The notes below the pieces were generated by a model. It ran no database searches, was not told where the DNA came from, and worked only from the letters and a program-made list of their open reading frames with translations. The position numbers and the translations under genes are program-made. This document shows positions 58,897 through 64,000 of a DNA stretch of 64,000 bases, piece by piece. Position 1 is the stretch's first letter, and every line of letters begins with the position of its first letter. Where the stretch lies: NCBI GenBank assembly GCA_964612895.1, contig CAZTFL010000001.1, forward strand, positions 371,560 to 435,559, given 5' to 3'. The stretch is from Candidatus Woesearchaeota archaeon (GTDB taxonomy: Archaea; Nanobdellota; Nanobdellia; Pacearchaeales; GW2011-AR1).

Positions 58897-59466
58897 TTAT
58901 GCCCAATCACTTCTTATTCTAGTTTTTGGGACCATTTTTTTGTTTTTATATTCATTAAAGAATAATATTTCGTCTAATTCTGTTTTCTTTTTTTGAGATG
59001 TTATGTTGTTTTGTAATTCTAATCCTATTGGAAATAAAGCTTCTACTATTAAAGAATCTGGAATTTCTAATATTTCTTTTATATTTTTCTCATGAAAAAG
59101 TCCTATCCAGCAAGTAGAAAGTCCTTGGGATGTTAATGATAATAAAAAATTCTCTATCGCTGCTCCTGTTGCTTGAGGAACATATCTTTGTGCTCTATCT
59201 CCATAACTAATTTTTATCTTTGAAGGATTACTTATGACTACAACTATGTAATGAGATTTTCCTACAAAATCTTGTTGAGTAGCTATGCCTATTTTTTCAA
59301 TCAAATTAGGATTATTCACTATTATATAACTTAAAAATGATTGATTCCCTGGACAAGGTGCAAGTCTAGCTAAATCTATTGCTCGAATAATTTTTTTCCA
59401 ATCGGGAATCTCTGATGAAAATTTTCTAACACTTTTTCTCTCTTTTATCGCTTTATTTAAATCCAT
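58897..59466 (-). CDS. Nitroreductase-family FMN oxidoreductase
   Basis: AIKERKSVRKF N-terminal motif, about 190 aa. Confidence 0.75.
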   Translation of the reverse strand: MDLNKAIKERKSVRKFSSEIPDWKKIIRAIDLARLAPCPGNQSFLSYIIVNNPNLIEKIGIATQQDFVGKSHYIVVVISNPSKIKISYGDRAQRYVPQATGAAIENFLLSLTSQGLSTCWIGLFHEKNIKEILEIPDSLIVEALFPIGLELQNNITSQKKKTELDEILFFNEYKNKKMVPKTRIRSDWA

Positions 59467-59558
59467 ATTATTTGTTATATCTTTTAATATAAAAATCTTT
59501 ACTAATTAATAAATACTATTTGGCATAATTTTAAATATTATATTTTTCTTATTTTTTA

Positions 59559-60863
59559 ATGATTGACATAAAAATTATAAGAGAAAATCCAGAAATTGTA
59601 AAGGAAAATATTAGAAATAAATTCCAAAATGAAAAATTACCTATTGTTGATGAAATAATAGAATTTGATAAAAAATGGAGAATTTTTAAAAAAAATGCCG
59701 ATGATTTGCGAAAAAAGAGAAACGAAATTAGTGAAGAAATTAATTCTTTAATGAAGGAAGATAAAAAAGATGATGCTAAAGAAAAAATTCAGAAAGCTAA
59801 GGATATTGTAAAAGAAATAGAAGATATAGAAAATAAAGAAAAAAATCTTGAATCTGAAATCAGAATTAGAATGATGAAAATTCCTAATATTATTGATAAG
59901 TCTGTCCCTATTGGAAAAGATGATTCGGAAAATGTTGAAATAGAGAAAATTGGAGAACCTATTGTTCCTGAATATGAAATATTTAACCATGCAGAATTAA
60001 TGGAAAAATTTGGTGGTGCTGATTTTGTTACAGCTGCGAATGTTTCTGGAAATGGATTTTATTATTTACTCGGTGATTTTGCTAGATTACATTCTGCATT
60101 ATTATCTTATGCTCGAGATTTTATGATTGAAAATGGATTCACATATTGCATTCCACCTTTTATGATTAGAAGTGAATGTGTAGATGGAGTTATGAGTTTC
60201 AATGAAAAAGATGCTATGATGTATAAAATTGAGAATGAGGACTTATATTTAATTGGAACTAGTGAACATTCGATGATTTCAATGTTTAAAGATAAAACTT
60301 TAAGAAAAAATAATTTACCTCAAAAACTAACTAGTTATTCTCCTTGTTTTAGAAAAGAAGTAGGAGCTCATGGAATTGAGCAAAAAGGAATTTATAGAGT
60401 TCATCAATTTGAAAAACAAGAAATGGTTGTTATATGTGAACCTGAAGATTCGTTTAATTGGTACGAGAAAATGTTAAATTTGACTGTTAAAATATTTAGA
60501 AATTTAGATATTCCAGTCAGAAAATTAGAATGTTGTTCTGGAGATTTAGCAGATTTGAAAATTAAAAGCGCAGATATTGAAGCATGGAGTCCTAGACAAA
60601 AAAAATATTTTGAGGTCGGAAGTTGTTCAAATCTAGGAGATGCACAAGCAAGAAGACTTGGAATAAAAATTAATGGAACAAATGGAAATTATTTTGCTCA
60701 TACATTAAATAATACTGTTATAGCATCATCTAGAGCAATGATTGCACTCATGGAAAATAATCAAATGAAAGATGGTTCTATAAAAATTCCTAAAGTTTTA
60801 CAAACATATATGGGTGGGAAAAAAATTATTGGGAAATTATCTGACTGTGTTTTGGAAAACTAA
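59559..60863 (+). CDS. serS: Seryl-tRNA synthetase
   Basis: N-terminal coiled-coil MIDIKIIRENPE; class II motifs FRKE...GIYRVHQFEKQE, GSCSNLGDAQARRL. Confidence 0.9.
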   Translation: MIDIKIIRENPEIVKENIRNKFQNEKLPIVDEIIEFDKKWRIFKKNADDLRKKRNEISEEINSLMKEDKKDDAKEKIQKAKDIVKEIEDIENKEKNLESEIRIRMMKIPNIIDKSVPIGKDDSENVEIEKIGEPIVPEYEIFNHAELMEKFGGADFVTAANVSGNGFYYLLGDFARLHSALLSYARDFMIENGFTYCIPPFMIRSECVDGVMSFNEKDAMMYKIENEDLYLIGTSEHSMISMFKDKTLRKNNLPQKLTSYSPCFRKEVGAHGIEQKGIYRVHQFEKQEMVVICEPEDSFNWYEKMLNLTVKIFRNLDIPVRKLECCSGDLADLKIKSADIEAWSPRQKKYFEVGSCSNLGDAQARRLGIKINGTNGNYFAHTLNNTVIASSRAMIALMENNQMKDGSIKIPKVLQTYMGGKKIIGKLSDCVLEN

Positions 60864-60895
60864 AACTTTATAAACTAAAAATTCAATTTTTAATT

Positions 60896-61093
60896 ATGAT
60901 AATTCCAATAAGATGTTTTAGTTGTGGTAAGCCAATTGCTCATTTGTATGAGAAATATAAGAAACTTATTGAAGAAGGAAAATCTCAAAAAGAAGCTCTT
61001 GATGAAATTGGATTAGATAGGATGTGTTGTAGAGCTCAAATTTTAGGGCACAGTGATGTTTTACCTTTAATTAACAAATTTAAGAAGTATTAA
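60896..61093 (+). CDS. rpoN: RNA polymerase subunit N (Rpo10/RpoN)
   Basis: MIIPIRCFSCGK...MCCRAQILGH zinc-bundle motif. Confidence 0.85.
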   Translation: MIIPIRCFSCGKPIAHLYEKYKKLIEEGKSQKEALDEIGLDRMCCRAQILGHSDVLPLINKFKKY

Positions 61094-61146
61094 TATATTG
61101 CTTTTGAATTAGAAATATTTATAAAGTCAAATTTTGTTTAGTATTT

Positions 61147-61257
<111 letters not shown>

Positions 61258-61503
61258 TTTTTTATGATATTTAGACAATTAATTGTATGCTTATGGTATA
61301 TGTTTTTTTTACAAAGATATTCTTTTGAATTTATTCTCTTACAATAGCTACAATATGTATTTGGATTCTCACATATTCCATTTTGTTCCAGCATAGTTCA
61401 ATTATAATTTAATATAGCTTCTTATTAACCATATATCGAAATTTTCAAGCTATAAATATATTATTTGTAAATAAACTTAAAATGTATCACTCTTTGGATT
61501 TAT

Positions 61504-62091
61504 ATGGAAGAATTACCTCTGAATAAAATTCAAGCTTTTGATTTACTAAAAAATTTTAATAATGAAAAATCCAGTATGAATCATTATATTGAAAGCGCAG
61601 CGATTATGAAGGCGTTAGCTAAACATTTCGGAGAAGATGAAAATTACTGGGAAATGATTGGTTTATTACATGATATAGATTGGGCACAAACTAAAAATAA
61701 TATAAAAAGACATTGTATTGATTGTGTTGATATATTAAAAGATAAAGGATTTAATAACGAATTTATTAGAACTATTCAATCTCATGGATATGGATTAGAA
61801 ATTATACCAGAATTAAAAAATAAGATAAGAAATTCTAAAATTGAATATTCTCTTGTTGCTTCTGAAACATTAACTGGTTTAATTTATGCTTATGCATTAA
61901 TGAGAGACGGGAAAGTTTCTGATATGGAAGTTAAAGGATTAAAGAAAAAATTCAAAAATAAAAATTTTGCGACAACATGTGATAGAAATTTAATAATGGA
62001 AATTGAGAAAACTGGATTAGATATAGAGATGTTTTTTGAATTATCTATTAACGCAATAAAAGAAATAAGAAATGAAATTGGTTTAAAATAA
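61504..62091 (+). CDS. HD-domain phosphohydrolase
   Basis: H...IGLLHDIDW (H-HD motif), about 195 aa. Confidence 0.6.
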   Translation: MEELPLNKIQAFDLLKNFNNEKSSMNHYIESAAIMKALAKHFGEDENYWEMIGLLHDIDWAQTKNNIKRHCIDCVDILKDKGFNNEFIRTIQSHGYGLEIIPELKNKIRNSKIEYSLVASETLTGLIYAYALMRDGKVSDMEVKGLKKKFKNKNFATTCDRNLIMEIEKTGLDIEMFFELSINAIKEIRNEIGLK

Positions 62092-62128
62092 TATAAACAT
62101 TTAAATATAAGTTTTTTTTAACTAAAAC

Positions 62129-62437
62129 ATGCAGTTTTGTCCTAAATGTGGTTCGTTATTAGTAAAGAAACAGAAATATTTTGGATGTGTTAGATGTGAT
62201 TATACCACTAAAGAAGAAATTTCTATGGAGATAAAAGAACACTCTAATGAAAAAATAGATGTTGCAGTTATTAATAATAATAAAGATTCAGATATTAATC
62301 CTATTACTGACTTTGATTGTCCGAAATGTAACAGTAAAAAAGCATATTTTTGGACTAGACAAATGAGAGCTGGAGATGAGCCAGAGAGTAAATTTTTCAA
62401 ATGTGTTAAATGCGCAACAATAACAAGAGTTGATTAA
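62129..62437 (+). CDS. tfs: Transcription factor S (TFIIS/RpoM-like)
   Basis: N-terminal Zn ribbon CPKCGS...CVRC; C-terminal CPKCNSKKAYFWTRQMRAGDEPESKFFKCVKC with the acidic DE loop. Confidence 0.8.
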   Translation: MQFCPKCGSLLVKKQKYFGCVRCDYTTKEEISMEIKEHSNEKIDVAVINNNKDSDINPITDFDCPKCNSKKAYFWTRQMRAGDEPESKFFKCVKCATITRVD

Positions 62438-62475
62438 AGTTAAATTTAAAAGCAATAAATTATTATTAAATTCAT

Positions 62476-62546
62476 GGCCCGGTAGGCTAATGGTAGACCT
62501 TCTCGTTTACACCGAGATAGCAGAGGTTCGATCCCTCTTCGGGCCA
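62476..62546 (+). tRNA. tRNA-Val (UAC)
   Basis: GGCCCGG acceptor, anticodon arm UCUCG-UUUACAC-CGAGA, T-arm AGAGGUUCGAUCCCUCU, discriminator A. Confidence 0.8.
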
Positions 62547-62556
62547 TATTTAAAAA

Positions 62557-62772
62557 ATGAAAAAGAAAATTAAAAATATTAAAAAAGAAAAATGCTCTTG
62601 TGATGTTGGAGCAAAGGTTAGTAATAGTGTTTACGGATTTGGATTTATAGGTTCTGTTATTTACTTTTTATCTACCGCTACTGGTTTTTGGGCTGGAGTC
62701 CTTGGAATTTTAAAATCTATTATTTGGCCAGCGATACTTGTTTATGAATTATTGAAATATTTTGGATTATAA
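62557..62772 (+). CDS. Small membrane protein (71 aa, two TM helices)
   Basis: Hydrophobic helices GFGFIGSVIYFLSTATGFWAGVLGIL and IIWPAILVYELL. Confidence 0.35.
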   Translation: MKKKIKNIKKEKCSCDVGAKVSNSVYGFGFIGSVIYFLSTATGFWAGVLGILKSIIWPAILVYELLKYFGL

Positions 62773-62818
62773 ATTGTAATCAAAATCTTTTTATATTATA
62801 TTTTGTGATTTATTTTAT

Positions 62819-62890
62819 GGCGATTGTAGTTTAATGGCAGAATTCGCGGTTGTGGTCCGTGAGGTCCGAGTTCGATTCTCGGCTTTCGCC
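62819..62890 (+). tRNA. tRNA-His (GUG) with encoded G-1; acceptor stem has two U-U mismatches
   Basis: Anticodon arm CGCGG-UUGUGGU-CCGUG, T-arm CCGAGUUCGAUUCUCGG, G-1:C73. It lies 10 nt upstream of hisS. Confidence 0.6.
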
Positions 62891-62900
62891 CTTTTTAAAA

Positions 62901-64000
62901 ATGGAAAAAAATGATTGTGTTAAGGGATTTAGAGATTTTATTGGAGATGAGGCTTCGAAAAGAAATAAAATAAAAGAGATTATAGAAAAACAATTTCAAT
63001 TATATGGATTTGAATCAACAGAAACTCCAATTATAGAATCTGAAGATTTTGTAATTAGTGATAACTCTAATGATGATGCAGTTAGGGATGTTTATAGATT
63101 AGAAGATAGGGCAAAGAGGAAGCTTGCATTAAGATATGAATTTACATTTCAATTAAAAAGACTTGCAAAAAATCAAAAACTTCCTTTTAAAAGATATCAA
63201 ATTGGATATAATTTTAGAGATGAACCTATAAAAAAGGGAAGACTTAGACAATTTATTCAATGTGATTGTGATATAATTGGTTCAGATATACATGATGAAG
63301 CAGAAATTCTTTCTATGGCCAGTTCTACGATGAATATGTTAGGTATAAAGAGTATTATTTATGTAAATAATAGAAAACTTTTAAATGAAATATTAGTAAG
63401 TGAAAATATTGAGGAAAAATATAGAGAACAAGTTTTAAGAGAATTGGACAAACTAGATAAACTAACAAAAGCTGAAGTTGCATTTAATTTAAAACCATTT
63501 GGAGCAGAAAAATTATTAAAACTATTTGAAGAGGGAGAAAAATATTTTTTAAAATACAAATTTTATAAAGATATACAAAATTTAAAGAAATACTGTTCAG
63601 ATTATGGAATAGATATTGTCTTTAAACCTACTCTTGCAAGAGGATTATCTTATTATAATGGTAATATTTTTGAAATTTGGAGTAAAGAAATTAATGTAAG
63701 CATTGGTGGTGGTGGAAGTTATTTAATAAATGATATTCAATCTAGCGGATTTTCTTTTGGACTTGAACCTATCTCTTTAATTTCTAATATTTTACCTGAT
63801 AATATTAAATATTTAGTAGTATCTTTAGGACAGAATAAATATTCTATTGAAATTGCTTCACAATTAAGAAAAAAAGGATTTTCTACGCAAATTATGATGA
63901 ATAAAACTTTATCAAAATCTTTAGAATATGCAAATATCAAAAATATTCAAAATATTGTTTTTATTGGAGAGAAGGAAATGTCCTCAAAAAAAATTAAAAT
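62901..64000 (+). CDS. hisS: Histidyl-tRNA synthetase (3' end runs off the window)
   Basis: VKGFRDFIGDEA, RYEFTFQLKR, RYQIGYNFRDE class II HisRS motifs. Confidence 0.85.
   Translation, partial: MEKNDCVKGFRDFIGDEASKRNKIKEIIEKQFQLYGFESTETPIIESEDFVISDNSNDDAVRDVYRLEDRAKRKLALRYEFTFQLKRLAKNQKLPFKRYQIGYNFRDEPIKKGRLRQFIQCDCDIIGSDIHDEAEILSMASSTMNMLGIKSIIYVNNRKLLNEILVSENIEEKYREQVLRELDKLDKLTKAEVAFNLKPFGAEKLLKLFEEGEKYFLKYKFYKDIQNLKKYCSDYGIDIVFKPTLARGLSYYNGNIFEIWSKEINVSIGGGGSYLINDIQSSGFSFGLEPISLISNILPDNIKYLVVSLGQNKYSIEIASQLRKKGFSTQIMMNKTLSKSLEYANIKNIQNIVFIGEKEMSSKKIK

Overview
This is an extremely AT-rich archaeal chromosomal window, densely coding on both strands. Archaeal informational genes dominate: MCM (partial), Cbf5, archaeal DnaG, a PriS-type primase, L15e, L40e, S10, RpoN, TFS, an Nre-family protein, an Hjc-like nuclease, Cdc48, Tyw1/Taw1, archaeal-type GluRS, SerS, HisS (partial) and FtsZ. 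Alongside these sit bacterial-type modules that look horizontally acquired: grpE-dnaK-dnaJ, mutS-mutL, acetate kinase, an iscS/iscU operon and lemA-htpX. The window also holds five tRNAs (Glu-UUC, Ile-GAU, Lys-CUU, Val-UAC, and His-GUG with G-1 immediately upstream of hisS) and a stand-alone 5S rRNA. GGAGG-type ribosome-binding sites sit in front of a few genes that look highly expressed. Many genes encode secreted, Cys/Asn-rich proteins with a C-terminal TM anchor, and there is no S-layer gene. The primase is a single fused polypeptide. Together these features suggest a small-genome, DPANN-like (Nano-/Woese-/Pacearchaeota-type) archaeon; this is inference only. No CRISPR array, integrase or transposase was seen. 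Points worth follow-up: an apparent +1 frameshift in rpl40e; a fused PriS plus PriCT/PriL-CTD-like primase; a Cys-rich surface-protein cluster with prenyltransferase-like repeats and a Pro-rich cytoplasmic tail; an RQC-wH plus UvrD helicase fusion; GluRS with an N-terminal YqeY/GatB-like domain; an enlarged UPF0175-like/PIN_3 toxin-antitoxin-like pair; a DUF1858 redox-disulfide gene embedded in the isc operon; two tiny, strongly expressed charged proteins (one basic, one acidic); and a degraded DNA methyltransferase remnant.
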